Notes: generated from the letters alone by a model not told the origin. A stretch of DNA of 37,607 nt from a virus (IMGVR_UViG_3300005611_000084:1-37607); one strand, 5' to 3'; numbered from the stretch's first letter, positions 1 to 9,831 are shown. Made by a program: numbers and translations.

Positions 1-8
1 TTTTCCTC

Positions 9-1934
9 CTACGCTCCTACTACTTCTTCAAATGCAACACCTGTTCTTGTCGCAACGAATTGTAGTTGTATAAAGTTGATTGAACGATTAGGTTTGACAA
101 AAATGTCAGCTCTAAATTCATTTCTATCAATGACATCTCCAGTATTATTAGAAGCGTCACATACTACTAAAAAGTCTGTGATACCTCTTCTACCTTGTAC
201 ATCTCTTAAAAATGGTTCAACTATGTTTCTAAATTGAGCTCTTGTAAACTCATCATTAAATTCAAATAGTTGAAATTTAGAAGCAGTTGAGATTGCTTTT
301 TGTAAAGTAATAAACAATCTTCTAACATTGATTCTGTCAAACGCACTAGGGTTAGACAATCCTGTTTTATCTCCAAACAGTACAGTTCCCTGTCCTGGTA
401 AAGTTACAACTGGATTTACTCTAGCTCTGTATAACTCATCTCTTTGTGTTTTAGTTGGGTTGTAAGCAAGTTTAACTACACCTCTTAAAACTCCTCTGTT
501 GAAACCAGCAGGTGAGTACCAAGAGTCTGCAATTAAATCTGTTCTTGCAGCCAATCCAGCAATATCTCCATTTAATGGAACATATCTAAACACATCATTG
601 TATTTGTCGTAAGTATATTTGTAACCACTATCAAATACAACATATGAAGATGACCTTACACTATTAAAGAATGATTTAACATTACTTGTTTGAGTGTTAG
701 AGTTAGTTACGTTAACTACATCACTTCTTTCTGGTGAAGCAAATACGATTGCGTCTTTTCTATTTTCAGCAATTGTAATTAAGTTATCAATGTGAGTTGA
801 GTCACCTTTACCAGCGATGATTAAGTTTACATCTACACTATCAGCATCTTCAAAGTTTTCATAAGCAGTTTTTAATTCTGCAATAGAAGCAGCAGAACCA
901 TCAGCACCACCCGATAAACTTGAATTTACTAATGTACCATCTCCAAATGTTTGGTTTAATGCAGGATTACCCCAACCAGTTGTGCTTGTAGCATCATGGT
1001 CCATCCAGTAAATGTATTGTGATTTATTATAAACAACATTTGCATAATAGTTATCATCACCTTGTGGTGTTTTAGCATCTGAAGCTTTTGATACTGAATC
1101 GTAAACTTCTAATACTTCTCCAGCAGTACCTGTGATACCACCGTCTTCGTCAATAACTACAATGTGTAATTCATCAGCAGAACCACCTCTTGCAGAAACG
1201 TATGTTGAAGTTCCTGGTGCAGCGCCTACTAAATCATAATATTGCCATCTTCTTCTAACTTGTGAAGAAGCAGCAACAGCAGTATGTAATCCGCCTGTTC
1301 CTGATGGATGTCTTACGATTGTTAATGTTGTACTTGCGATATTTGTTATTCTATATTCGTATCCGCCTGACTCACCAAAGTTTACAATATCACCTATAGA
1401 TAAACCAGAAGCAGATGATACATCAATTGTTGTATCTCCTACAGCAGCATCTGTTGAAGCGATTGTTGTTTTATTTGTTTCTTCGTAAACTGTTGATGAT
1501 GGACAAACAGAAATTTTAATATTGTTACCCCACGCACCTGCTGTTCTAGCAGCCCAGTTGCCGACAGATTGAGAACCATCGTTAAAAGGTCCTGTAGATC
1601 CATCACCATCTGAATAGTGTGAAGTATTTTTGATTAAAAGTCCACTACCGTTAGCAGTAGAATTTAATGCTCCTGTGTTAATTGCTCGTACAACTCTTAA
1701 ACTTGCTGAGTATTGCAAAAAGTTTGCAGCACTAAAAAAGTATTCAAAAGTTGAAGAGTCAGGTTTACCAAACGTTTCAACCAATTCTTTTTCAGAAGCA
1801 ATAGACACAACTTCGCCCATCGGTCCTTGTGAGAATTGTCCTGCGATAGCACCTATAGTAGTTGCTACTGCTGGAATAACATTTGTTAAGTCTTTCTCTT
1901 GTACGAGAACACCTGGTGAAACTTGAAATGCCAT
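9..1934 (-). CDS. gp18: Tail sheath protein (T4 gp18-like)
   Basis: N-term SPGVLVQEKDLT; C-term WYSPAGFNRG, FDRINVRRLF, IDRNEFRADIFVKPNRSINFIQLQFVATRTGVAFEE; follows gp17; AAGGAG RBS. Confidence 0.97.
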   Translation of the reverse strand: MAFQVSPGVLVQEKDLTNVIPAVATTIGAIAGQFSQGPMGEVVSIASEKELVETFGKPDSSTFEYFFSAANFLQYSASLRVVRAINTGALNSTANGSGLLIKNTSHYSDGDGSTGPFNDGSQSVGNWAARTAGAWGNNIKISVCPSSTVYEETNKTTIASTDAAVGDTTIDVSSASGLSIGDIVNFGESGGYEYRITNIASTTLTIVRHPSGTGGLHTAVAASSQVRRRWQYYDLVGAAPGTSTYVSARGGSADELHIVVIDEDGGITGTAGEVLEVYDSVSKASDAKTPQGDDNYYANVVYNKSQYIYWMDHDATSTTGWGNPALNQTFGDGTLVNSSLSGGADGSAASIAELKTAYENFEDADSVDVNLIIAGKGDSTHIDNLITIAENRKDAIVFASPERSDVVNVTNSNTQTSNVKSFFNSVRSSSYVVFDSGYKYTYDKYNDVFRYVPLNGDIAGLAARTDLIADSWYSPAGFNRGVLRGVVKLAYNPTKTQRDELYRARVNPVVTLPGQGTVLFGDKTGLSNPSAFDRINVRRLFITLQKAISTASKFQLFEFNDEFTRAQFRNIVEPFLRDVQGRRGITDFLVVCDASNNTGDVIDRNEFRADIFVKPNRSINFIQLQFVATRTGVAFEEVVGA

Positions 1935-1981
1935 ATTTGTTGTTCTCCTTATTAGCTAATAAGTATCATTAATCTCACTAC

Positions 1982-1989
1982 TATTTAGT
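1982..1989 (-). promoter_or_regulatory. Late promoter variant (ACTAAATA) upstream of gp18
   Basis: Retains the TAAATA core of TATAAATA; intergenic, upstream of the gp18 RBS. Confidence 0.5.
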
Positions 1990-2002
1990 ATATTATATTT
2001 CT

Positions 2003-3634
2003 TTACAGGATCTCTCCTTTTCTTACAGTTACAGGTGTCCATCGTTCTCCTGCGTCATCCTGAAAACTGTCATCTTCTAATCCATCGTTTAAAAATCCAA
2101 AAGGTGCCATATCTTGTTCTATTGCGTTTGCCTGTTCTTCGTACATTCTAGCACGTACATCTTGGTCTGTCATTTCTTTAAAATATCGTTGATTTGTTAT
2201 CCATGCAAAGATAACACAACACATAACTAAATCATCATTTGCACCCTCTTCGGCCTGCCATGATGATCCTCGTCTTACAAAGGTTGACAATTCTTGTATT
2301 GTATGAAAATCTTGTATTATTATTTTATCGCCTTCAAGTAGAGATTTTAAGTTAGAACAACCAATACGTTTGACTTGTTTGGTCATACGAACACCTAACT
2401 GTGTTCCTCGTTTAGAAAAACCACCACCAAGTATTTGACCTGCACGGCCTTTCATCATACACATTAAAAGATTTGTATATTCTAATTCAAACTGTAATGC
2501 GTCTGCTACTTGATGTCCTAAATCATTGACTTCAACACAAATATGAGCGTTATTATATTGTCGTGCTACTTTTTCTATAGTGTGTGGAAACAATATAGGT
2601 TTAATTTCGTTATCTCTAAACTTTGCAACCATTTTATATGGCATTTTAGATACATCAAAAACAACAAAGGCAGAATAATCTTTTACCGTACCTCGTGCTA
2701 CGTCAACTGTAATGACATAATCTTTTCCTTTTTCTGGTCGTTCATACATATCAAATCCTGCGTTTGAAACTAAAGGTGTGTTATGAGATAACATTCTTAT
2801 TTTAGATGGATTGATTAAAGTATCAACTGAACCTACAAACTCACATTCAAACTCGGTAGCAAATTGTGCTTCAGATGTATTTCTGATTGTTTCTTGTTTC
2901 CATTTTTCATCTCGTCCTGGTACTTCAGACCAATGTACTTCTACAGGAATATAATCGTTTCGTTTATGTATTGCGTCATTCCAAATCTTGTAGTACATAT
3001 TCATTCCATGAGGTGTAGATACAATCATTACCTTTGAAGATTTACCAGATGAAATTGTAGGATAAACTGAACTAAAAAATTGTTCAGATATATTAGCAGG
3101 AATAAACGCAAACTCGTCAAGGAAGATAATGTTGAATGAACCACCTCGAATAGCAGATGATGATGTTGCCGCGGCAAGTATCTTTGAACCATTTTCTAAT
3201 TCAAGTGAACCTTTGTTCCAATTTAATACACCTTGTTGTAACCATTTAGGTAGATTTTCATATGCAAGTTGAAGACGACCTAATAAATCTCTAGCAGTTG
3301 AACTTTTGTTGGCAAGAATGGCCACATTGATATTATCATTAAATACTACTTGATGTAATAGATAGGCGATAATTGTCGTTGACTTACCTGACTGTCTTGG
3401 TAGTTTACAAATAGAAAATCTATTATTATGAAACGTATCGACCATACGTTCCTGAAACCCATACATATTAAAAGGTACAAGTCCATCATCTATGTTTACA
3501 ATCTTAATGTAATTCTTAATAAAGTAAATAGGATCTTCCATACACTTAGCAATTTCTTGTATTTGCTCTTGTGTATATTCAATCTTTGTATTTGCTTTAA
3601 ATAAGTTAGGATTTCCTAAATACGATTCTGACAT
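2003..3634 (-). CDS. gp17: Terminase large subunit
   Basis: YLGNPNL start, Walker A PRQSGKST, Walker B IIFLDEFAF, coupling motif STPHG, nuclease motifs VDVARG and NDDLVM; uninterrupted. Confidence 0.98.
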   Translation of the reverse strand: MSESYLGNPNLFKANTKIEYTQEQIQEIAKCMEDPIYFIKNYIKIVNIDDGLVPFNMYGFQERMVDTFHNNRFSICKLPRQSGKSTTIIAYLLHQVVFNDNINVAILANKSSTARDLLGRLQLAYENLPKWLQQGVLNWNKGSLELENGSKILAAATSSSAIRGGSFNIIFLDEFAFIPANISEQFFSSVYPTISSGKSSKVMIVSTPHGMNMYYKIWNDAIHKRNDYIPVEVHWSEVPGRDEKWKQETIRNTSEAQFATEFECEFVGSVDTLINPSKIRMLSHNTPLVSNAGFDMYERPEKGKDYVITVDVARGTVKDYSAFVVFDVSKMPYKMVAKFRDNEIKPILFPHTIEKVARQYNNAHICVEVNDLGHQVADALQFELEYTNLLMCMMKGRAGQILGGGFSKRGTQLGVRMTKQVKRIGCSNLKSLLEGDKIIIQDFHTIQELSTFVRRGSSWQAEEGANDDLVMCCVIFAWITNQRYFKEMTDQDVRARMYEEQANAIEQDMAPFGFLNDGLEDDSFQDDAGERWTPVTVRKGEIL

Positions 3635-3639
3635 AACTG

Positions 3640-4167
3640 TTATATAAAAGTATAAATTAAAGCAAATCTTTCACCTTTTTGTGGATAATACATAAAGTGA
3701 GGAAGATTTTCAAAACAAATTGCTTTATACTTTTTTGGTTTTATTTCCTTTATAATATTTATCTTTTCTTTATCTAGTATTACAGTATTTGAATTACCAT
3801 CTAAAGGGTCATTTAAATAAATTATTATTTGTCTATGCTTAAACTCGTGGTCATAATGAATAGGAGATTTTTTATCTTTTACATTAAAACTGACATTTAC
3901 AGCACATCTAAAAATTTCTTTATACGTTATATTGTTTTTTTTACAAAATGTTTCAAATATATCAACAAATTGATCTTTGTAAATACTGTTCCATTGACCA
4001 TTATTTTCAGGTCTGTTTTTAACTATATGAGTTAAATGTGAATTACCATCACCATTTACAGAAAATGGATAATAAAAATATGGAAAATTACTACTTAAAA
4101 CAACATTGTTAATGAAATCTTTTTGATATTCTTTTAAAAAATTATCATCTTCTATAAAATTATTCAT
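3640..4167 (-). CDS. 2OG-Fe(II) oxygenase superfamily protein
   Basis: PIHYD (HxD), IIIYLN, distal His in LPHF, Arg in ERFAL. Confidence 0.75.
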   Translation of the reverse strand: MNNFIEDDNFLKEYQKDFINNVVLSSNFPYFYYPFSVNGDGNSHLTHIVKNRPENNGQWNSIYKDQFVDIFETFCKKNNITYKEIFRCAVNVSFNVKDKKSPIHYDHEFKHRQIIIYLNDPLDGNSNTVILDKEKINIIKEIKPKKYKAICFENLPHFMYYPQKGERFALIYTFI

Positions 4168-4780
4168 TATTTAAACCTCTAAATAAATTTTTATCTGTAT
4201 AACTAAACCAACCTGTAATAATGTATTTTTCGTATTCATTTGAAATCTGACCTTTATGAGTATGAGTCCATCCTGCAGGCCACATTAGTGTTAATCCTTT
4301 TTTAGCAGGAACTGTTAAATTTTGATATAAGAAATCTGTGCCTCCATTTGCCACATCATTTAGATATGTCATCCAAGCAAAAACTCTTGCTGAATTGGGA
4401 TAAATACCACTACTTTCACAATGCCATTCATAAAATCCTTCAGTCGGTTTATAATATTGTATATTAAACGCTTCAACAAGGCCATATTTTGATATTTGGG
4501 TTGTAGTAGGATAAGTTTCATTATATAAACGTACTAATTTTTTTAAACATTCAACATATCTAATTATTCTAGGATCTTTATCATTAACATTTGTTGTGTA
4601 TTCTGTAGATTTTTTTCCTTTTGTATGATTTATTTTTTTAGTAGCACTATCAGTTGTACCTACAAATGTATTGTTATTAAAATCTTCTTCTTTAAATCTT
4701 TTAATAAGACCATCACAAATATTTTCAGATATATAGTATCCTGCAACAAAACTATTTTTGTCAAACTTATGTATTTTCAT
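4160..4780 (-). CDS. 2OG-Fe(II) oxygenase (prolyl-4-hydroxylase-like)
   Basis: NIQYY..EGFYEWHCE (HxE), WMTYLNDVANGGT, WPAGWTHTHKG, KYIITGW. Confidence 0.9.
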   Translation of the reverse strand: MKIHKFDKNSFVAGYYISENICDGLIKRFKEEDFNNNTFVGTTDSATKKINHTKGKKSTEYTTNVNDKDPRIIRYVECLKKLVRLYNETYPTTTQISKYGLVEAFNIQYYKPTEGFYEWHCESSGIYPNSARVFAWMTYLNDVANGGTDFLYQNLTVPAKKGLTLMWPAGWTHTHKGQISNEYEKYIITGWFSYTDKNLFRGLNNE

Positions 4781-5099
4781 TAATTATAATACCTTCAATT
4801 GCATTGTATCCCATAGACACAGCTGCATTTACTCTACTACTACCCTTATGTATAGAATATTGTTTTTCCTTATATCTAACACCTAATGCACCAAATCTAG
4901 GAGTTGTACTTATATTGTGTTTAATAATCTCTATAGGTTCGTTCATACCATCTTTTAACCAATTATTTCTTTCGTGTTCTGGTAAAGTATGTGGATAAGG
5001 ATTTTTTTTAGTATATGTTAAATCACTTATCAGAAACGTCTGTTTTTTCGGGTGTGATGTTTTTGCTTTTAAAACTTTTATCTTCTTCACTTTGTACAT
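4767..5099 (-). CDS. Hypothetical protein with ParB/sulfiredoxin-like motif; start uncertain
   Basis: DGMNEPIEI...KGSSRVNAAVSMGYNAIEGII resembles the ParB-N GxxR motif; fills the gap between gp16 and an oxygenase gene. Confidence 0.5.
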   Translation of the reverse strand: MYKVKKIKVLKAKTSHPKKQTFLISDLTYTKKNPYPHTLPEHERNNWLKDGMNEPIEIIKHNISTTPRFGALGVRYKEKQYSIHKGSSRVNAAVSMGYNAIEGIIINENT

Positions 5100-5523
5100 C
5101 CTTATTTTTATTTTTAAGTATCTTATGTAACTCCGCTGATGAACCTACAAACAAGGCCTGTTTAATATTTGTACTTGTTTTATTTGGTACATCTTTTAAA
5201 TTTTTAAGTTTGCCTTGCAAGTCTTGTAACTTATCTACAGTATCAGCAACTTGTTTAATAAGATTGCCAGCAACCTCATAAGCACGAGGATGTTGACTTT
5301 CGTTTGCAATATCTAATATACCTTGTATTGCGTCTTGGCCTCTTTCAATAAGATTGTAATAGTTTTCTCTACTGTATTTGTAATCATTATCTACATCCTC
5401 TTTATCCTTGTCTTCCATTCTAGGAACAGGTGGAGTATATTCTTTTTTGATTACTGATTTTGACACAGGTTTGCTTTCGGTAGTGATACCTAGAGCCTCG
5501 TTTATTTTGTCATCTATACTCAT
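5023..5523 (-). CDS. gp16: Terminase small subunit
   Basis: DYKYSRENYYNLIERGQDAI, ESQHPRAYEVAGNLIK and ALFVGSSAEL are typical of marine T4-like gp16. Confidence 0.95.
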   Translation of the reverse strand: MSIDDKINEALGITTESKPVSKSVIKKEYTPPVPRMEDKDKEDVDNDYKYSRENYYNLIERGQDAIQGILDIANESQHPRAYEVAGNLIKQVADTVDKLQDLQGKLKNLKDVPNKTSTNIKQALFVGSSAELHKILKNKNKDVQSEEDKSFKSKNITPEKTDVSDK

Positions 5524-5529
5524 AATATA

Positions 5530-6066
5530 CTATTTATTGTTTTTTAATCTAAGGTATGTTGATGTTGCAATAACATATCTATTTGTATTACAAATAAACT
5601 GTGTTGGTGAGTGAATATAATGACCAGGCCAAATATACCAATGAAATTTTTTAGGTTTAATTTCGAGTACAAAATTGTCTAAATCAAATATAGTACCAAA
5701 ATTTAAATCATTTAGATAAATTATACCAGAAACAGGTATGTGTTGTCCATCAATTTTATCACCTAGGTGATTATGCCAGTTATATTCTTTATTTTCTTTT
5801 TGTATAAAAGCCCAAGTTTTAGATTTAATTATATCAAAGTCTGTTTTAAAAACATCTTTTAATGAATAAAGATAACTTTCTTTAATAGGTTTTATTCTTT
5901 TATCATTTGACTCAAATACATTAGGATCGGTTTGAGATTTAGGATGTTGACATTCAGGAAATTCATCACAACAAGAATTAGTCTTTACATATTCATCTAA
6001 AAATTTTAATGAATTTGTTATATCTTCGTCAGTTAATTTATTTTCACAGTTAACAATATTAATCAT
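5530..6066 (-). CDS. 2OG-Fe(II) oxygenase-like protein
   Basis: NWHNH (HxH), SGIIYL, WPGHYIHSP, NRYVIA. Confidence 0.7.
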   Translation of the reverse strand: MINIVNCENKLTDEDITNSLKFLDEYVKTNSCCDEFPECQHPKSQTDPNVFESNDKRIKPIKESYLYSLKDVFKTDFDIIKSKTWAFIQKENKEYNWHNHLGDKIDGQHIPVSGIIYLNDLNFGTIFDLDNFVLEIKPKKFHWYIWPGHYIHSPTQFICNTNRYVIATSTYLRLKNNK

Positions 6067-6755
6067 TTTTTATGTCTTTTATTTAACAAGTCATAGTTTT
6101 TAAACCAAACTGGTAATCCTAAATGTGGTCTTGTATCAAAAATATTTTTATCAGACTCACCAAATTTAGATTTAACATCATTGTAATGTAAAAATACTTG
6201 GGCACAATCCTCACCTTTAAATTCTTCTCTCCAATGTTCACAAATATTACCTTTGTAAACTAACATATCTCCTGGTTGTAAAACAACTTTTGTACCTTTG
6301 TTGTTTGTGACACTTGGATAACCATTATCTGGTGTGCCTATATTTTTTTTAGACTCAATATATATCGGCCATTCATCACCACCTAAATTTAATGTTGTAG
6401 AAATTTCACAACTAAATCTATCTTTGTGTCTATGTAATATATCGCCATTTTTGTAGATACGAGCATAAGAATAAGTTGGATTTAATTTAAGACCTGTTTC
6501 TTTTTCCATTTTAGGTTGAACAGCAAGCAACAAAGTTTCCATAGCTATATCACCATATTGAGAATAAGTATTTGGTACTTGAACATCATTCCACACACCC
6601 CATTCAGTTGTAAACGGTGAAATATACCTCGTATCAAAAAAAGTGCTAGCAACTTGTCGTTTCATTAAAAAATAATTGTAAACAAAAGTAGCTAATTCTT
6701 TAGATATTGCTTTTTTGATAACTATGTAATGATTTTTTTTAAAATTTGATTTCAT
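6063..6755 (-). CDS. 2OG-Fe(II) oxygenase-like protein
   Basis: PTYSYARIY..GDILHRHKDRFSCEISTT (HxD), LQPGDMLVYKG..CEHWRE. Confidence 0.85.
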   Translation of the reverse strand: MKSNFKKNHYIVIKKAISKELATFVYNYFLMKRQVASTFFDTRYISPFTTEWGVWNDVQVPNTYSQYGDIAMETLLLAVQPKMEKETGLKLNPTYSYARIYKNGDILHRHKDRFSCEISTTLNLGGDEWPIYIESKKNIGTPDNGYPSVTNNKGTKVVLQPGDMLVYKGNICEHWREEFKGEDCAQVFLHYNDVKSKFGESDKNIFDTRPHLGLPVWFKNYDLLNKRHKK

Positions 6756-7459
6756 TTATTACCTCTATAATGTTTTAAAATCATATTTCTTACAGCTTGT
6801 AAGTTAAAGTGTATAAATCTAAAAGGTTCAATACCATCATCAACTGTAAATTGATGGGGAACATATGCAGGAAAAAATACTAATGTACCTGGTTTAAAAC
6901 TGTAATAAAGTTTATCACTCATAATAGATTTTTTATCTCTATCTTTTAATGGTAATTTAGTCATCATAGCACCGTGTCTAGGATCGTGGAACACAGGACG
7001 AGATGTTACATCCGAACACTTTAAAAAATAAAAACCTGATATATGATTGTCCCAATGAACGTGTGTATCGTGGTGTCCTCCACCATTTTTAGAAAACTCC
7101 TGTACCCAAAATTCTGTCCAGTGCATTGTATATTGTGACATATCATAACCCCATTCATCTAAAAGATTGTGTGATGTGTGTCCAATGTAAGTTTCAAGTT
7201 CTCTTAATTCAGGAACACCATTTAATGGAGTTGAATGATAACTCATTCCGTGGTCTTTTACTTTTTCAAAGTTTTTTTTACCTAAAAATTTTTCACGTTC
7301 AACTAATGATTCTTTTTTAGCTCTTTCATAAGATAAATCAATAAATTTATCTGTTGCTTTAATTGCTGAGTCTAACCATTGTGGTTTATATATGCTATAC
7401 AAAGGTGTTTCAAAAACATAATTTGTAAGCATTCTTTCTCTTTGTACACTAACTGTCAT
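6752..7459 (-). CDS. Putative 2OG-Fe(II) oxygenase (TIGR02466-like)
   Basis: FETPLY N-term, HDTHVH (HxH), ISGFYFL, FHDPR, GTLVFFPAYVPHQF, RFIHFN. Confidence 0.85.
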   Translation of the reverse strand: MTVSVQRERMLTNYVFETPLYSIYKPQWLDSAIKATDKFIDLSYERAKKESLVEREKFLGKKNFEKVKDHGMSYHSTPLNGVPELRELETYIGHTSHNLLDEWGYDMSQYTMHWTEFWVQEFSKNGGGHHDTHVHWDNHISGFYFLKCSDVTSRPVFHDPRHGAMMTKLPLKDRDKKSIMSDKLYYSFKPGTLVFFPAYVPHQFTVDDGIEPFRFIHFNLQAVRNMILKHYRGNK

Positions 7460-7486
7460 ACTATTTCCTTTTGTCCTATATATAAT

Positions 7487-8167
7487 CTATTTAAAAGGCC
7501 ATCCTAAGGTCCACATCACTAATGAATACCTTGTACCTTTTGTTACAGGTTTAACTCTATGCCAAACAAAACTTGGAAATATTACAATAGAACCTTTTGG
7601 TCTTATTTCAGTACATTCTTTAAAACCTGTTCTTTGTTGAATATCCCAATCTGTATTATTTCTAAAATCAAATTCTAAATTTCCACCCTCGTATTCTGAA
7701 GGATCGCTTAATGAAACTGTCATTGATATTTTTCTAATTTTACCATCAGTTGGATCTGCTTTGTCTTGTCTTTTATATGGTTCTTGCCAACTATCACAAT
7801 GCCAACCATAATATTGACCTGTTGAATATTTTGTAAACTGACAAGACTCTGAATAATCCCATTGAAAATTCCAACCTGCATTGATATTTGCTATTTCTAC
7901 AAAGGGATGTAACTCTTTATATATCCACTTGTCATCTAACCAAGTGACATCTGAATTTCTTTTTTTCTTTAAATCTTTTTGATCTTCAGCAGTTAGTATT
8001 ATTCTGCCTTGTTCATCTCTAGGTAATTGATTATCTTTATACTTGCTTGACACATTACCTGTCACAGCAGTTTCGGTATTAAAAGATTTTCCGTACTTTA
8101 AAATTTCAGCACATAATTTAGGTGATAAGGCTGACTCAAAGTACCAATAATAATTTTTTAAATTCAT
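7487..8167 (-). CDS. 2OG-Fe(II) oxygenase (PKHD/prolyl-4-hydroxylase-like)
   Basis: QFTKY..GQYYGWHCD (HxD), RKISMTVSLSDPSEYEGG, FPSFVWHRVKPVTKGTRYSLVMW. Confidence 0.93.
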   Translation of the reverse strand: MNLKNYYWYFESALSPKLCAEILKYGKSFNTETAVTGNVSSKYKDNQLPRDEQGRIILTAEDQKDLKKKRNSDVTWLDDKWIYKELHPFVEIANINAGWNFQWDYSESCQFTKYSTGQYYGWHCDSWQEPYKRQDKADPTDGKIRKISMTVSLSDPSEYEGGNLEFDFRNNTDWDIQQRTGFKECTEIRPKGSIVIFPSFVWHRVKPVTKGTRYSLVMWTLGWPFK

Positions 8168-8214
8168 AATAATATATATCCTATTTAGGGACTTTTTATC
8201 TTCAGTTTTATAAT

Positions 8215-9015
8215 TTATTCATCTGTGTCTGTACTTGGATTATAATTTTTAGAATCGTTAAATGTACTTATAGTTGTTGTAAATCCAAAATCATCATCTG
8301 CACTAGCTGAGGTCGGATTAGGAGTTACAACAATTCTTTCTTCTCTTTTTTCTGTAGTTGTTATATCACTATATAAATCTGATTGAGTTTCTTTAATAAT
8401 TTTACCAGAATATATAGGTCCATACAAATATGTTTTAGCAGTAAATCCCATAGTATAGTTAACTGCTCTTCTTTGTGTAAATGAACCATCATATGAATCT
8501 TCATAATTTACACTATTTAATGTTATAGGAACATCTCTTTTGATTCCCATTTCAGGAATTGCATTGATTGTAACTGTATAATCTGGTTGAAAATAAGGCA
8601 ATATTTGTTCTATTATTTGTAGACCGCCTTCAGCAGTAGCAGTAAATGAATATAAATTAAAACTTATATTGTATGGTACAGGATTATATTGATAATATTG
8701 TTTATCTGCGTCTGAGCTATTAACTGCTTTAAATTTTCCAAGTCTTTGTAACTTACGAGAGGCGTCATAATTTATGCCTGATATTTCAAAACCCATACGA
8801 GGCAAAGTAATCGCCATTTCTCTATTATCTAAATTTGCTTGTTGGTCTAATCTTGTTAAAAACTTTTCTTTTGGTGAATATGCTAAAGGTACTTTTATTT
8901 TTTGAACAACGTCACCATCACTATTTGTTCTATGAATAATAATATTATTAAAAATTGTACCAAAGGCAACAACAACTTTTCTCAATGATTCGTGGTAAAA
9001 TCTTCTTCCAAACAT
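8215..9015 (-). CDS. gp15: Tail sheath stabiliser/completion protein
   Basis: FYHESLRKVVVAFGTIFNNI, KVPLAYSPKEKF, LPRMGFE, QIIEQILPYFQP, FTAKTYLYGP. Confidence 0.96.
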   Translation of the reverse strand: MFGRRFYHESLRKVVVAFGTIFNNIIIHRTNSDGDVVQKIKVPLAYSPKEKFLTRLDQQANLDNREMAITLPRMGFEISGINYDASRKLQRLGKFKAVNSSDADKQYYQYNPVPYNISFNLYSFTATAEGGLQIIEQILPYFQPDYTVTINAIPEMGIKRDVPITLNSVNYEDSYDGSFTQRRAVNYTMGFTAKTYLYGPIYSGKIIKETQSDLYSDITTTEKREERIVVTPNPTSASADDDFGFTTTISTFNDSKNYNPSTDTDE

Positions 9016-9827
9016 TATAAACTTTCCTCATCCACTTCACCAAAAGGATTTCTTTCAGTAAAGTCTAGTATATCATCATCTGTTGAAACTGTGCCAAATC
9101 CAGCGTCTGATTCATAAGTATCATTATCAGCATAATCTCTTGTTTGTGTTGATAGATCAAAATTATCTGTTTCTAAAATAAAGAAATTGTAATTACCTAA
9201 TGTTGTATCTGTAGACTCAAGTAATAAACTACCAGTACCTGTTCCACTCTCTAAAGTTATTTGATGTTGCAACAAGTCTGTAGATAATGCTGTTTCAGCG
9301 TCATCAATTGCAGGAACACCTGTGTCAAATCTTTCAGCACTATATTCAAATCTAGTCGCTTTTAATTTATAAACTGGTAAATTTCCTAATTGAAAGAATG
9401 GCTCTTGGTCTTCAACAAACTGTATTTCAAAAAAACTATTCATTAAAGGAACATAAACTAAATCGCCTTCGTTAGGACGCCCTTCTTTAATAAGAGTAGC
9501 AGAATTATCAACTTGATTTTGCCAACGTCTTTTTGCAATCATAAACGTTGTATCTTCTCTTATTTCTAAACCAAATTTAGAAACTAACTCTTGTTCACCT
9601 GCAAACCCTTCCGTTGTTTCTATGTACATTTCTAATAGATAAGAGTCGTCAAATTTAGAAAGAGTATCTTCTCCTAAAACTAAATCTTTATTAACTAATG
9701 TTCTTGGTAAATAATAGCAATCGTGGCCGTAAATTTTTAGGCCTTCGATAATTAAATCTTCGTGTAATCTTTTTTCGTTGGAATCTCCGATTCCGTTTCC
9801 ATTCTGAAAATAATGATTGACTGGCAT
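9015..9827 (-). CDS. gp14: Neck protein gp14
   Basis: IYGHDCYYLPR, SKFGLEIRE, RPNEGDLVYVP, EPFFQLG, DFTERNPFGE. Confidence 0.95.
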   Translation of the reverse strand: MPVNHYFQNGNGIGDSNEKRLHEDLIIEGLKIYGHDCYYLPRTLVNKDLVLGEDTLSKFDDSYLLEMYIETTEGFAGEQELVSKFGLEIREDTTFMIAKRRWQNQVDNSATLIKEGRPNEGDLVYVPLMNSFFEIQFVEDQEPFFQLGNLPVYKLKATRFEYSAERFDTGVPAIDDAETALSTDLLQHQITLESGTGTGSLLLESTDTTLGNYNFFILETDNFDLSTQTRDYADNDTYESDAGFGTVSTDDDILDFTERNPFGEVDEESL

Positions 9828-9831
9828 CTCA

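Noticed and set aside
2003-3634. Intron, intein or homing endonuclease in the terminase
   Set aside because: Normal length and contiguous motifs; no HNH, GIY-YIG or LAGLIDADG ORF seen in the window.
3640-6066. Higher AT content of some oxygenase genes as evidence of recent horizontal transfer
   Set aside because: Judged only by eye and explicable by Lys/Ile/Asn/Phe-rich composition; would need a GC3 calculation.
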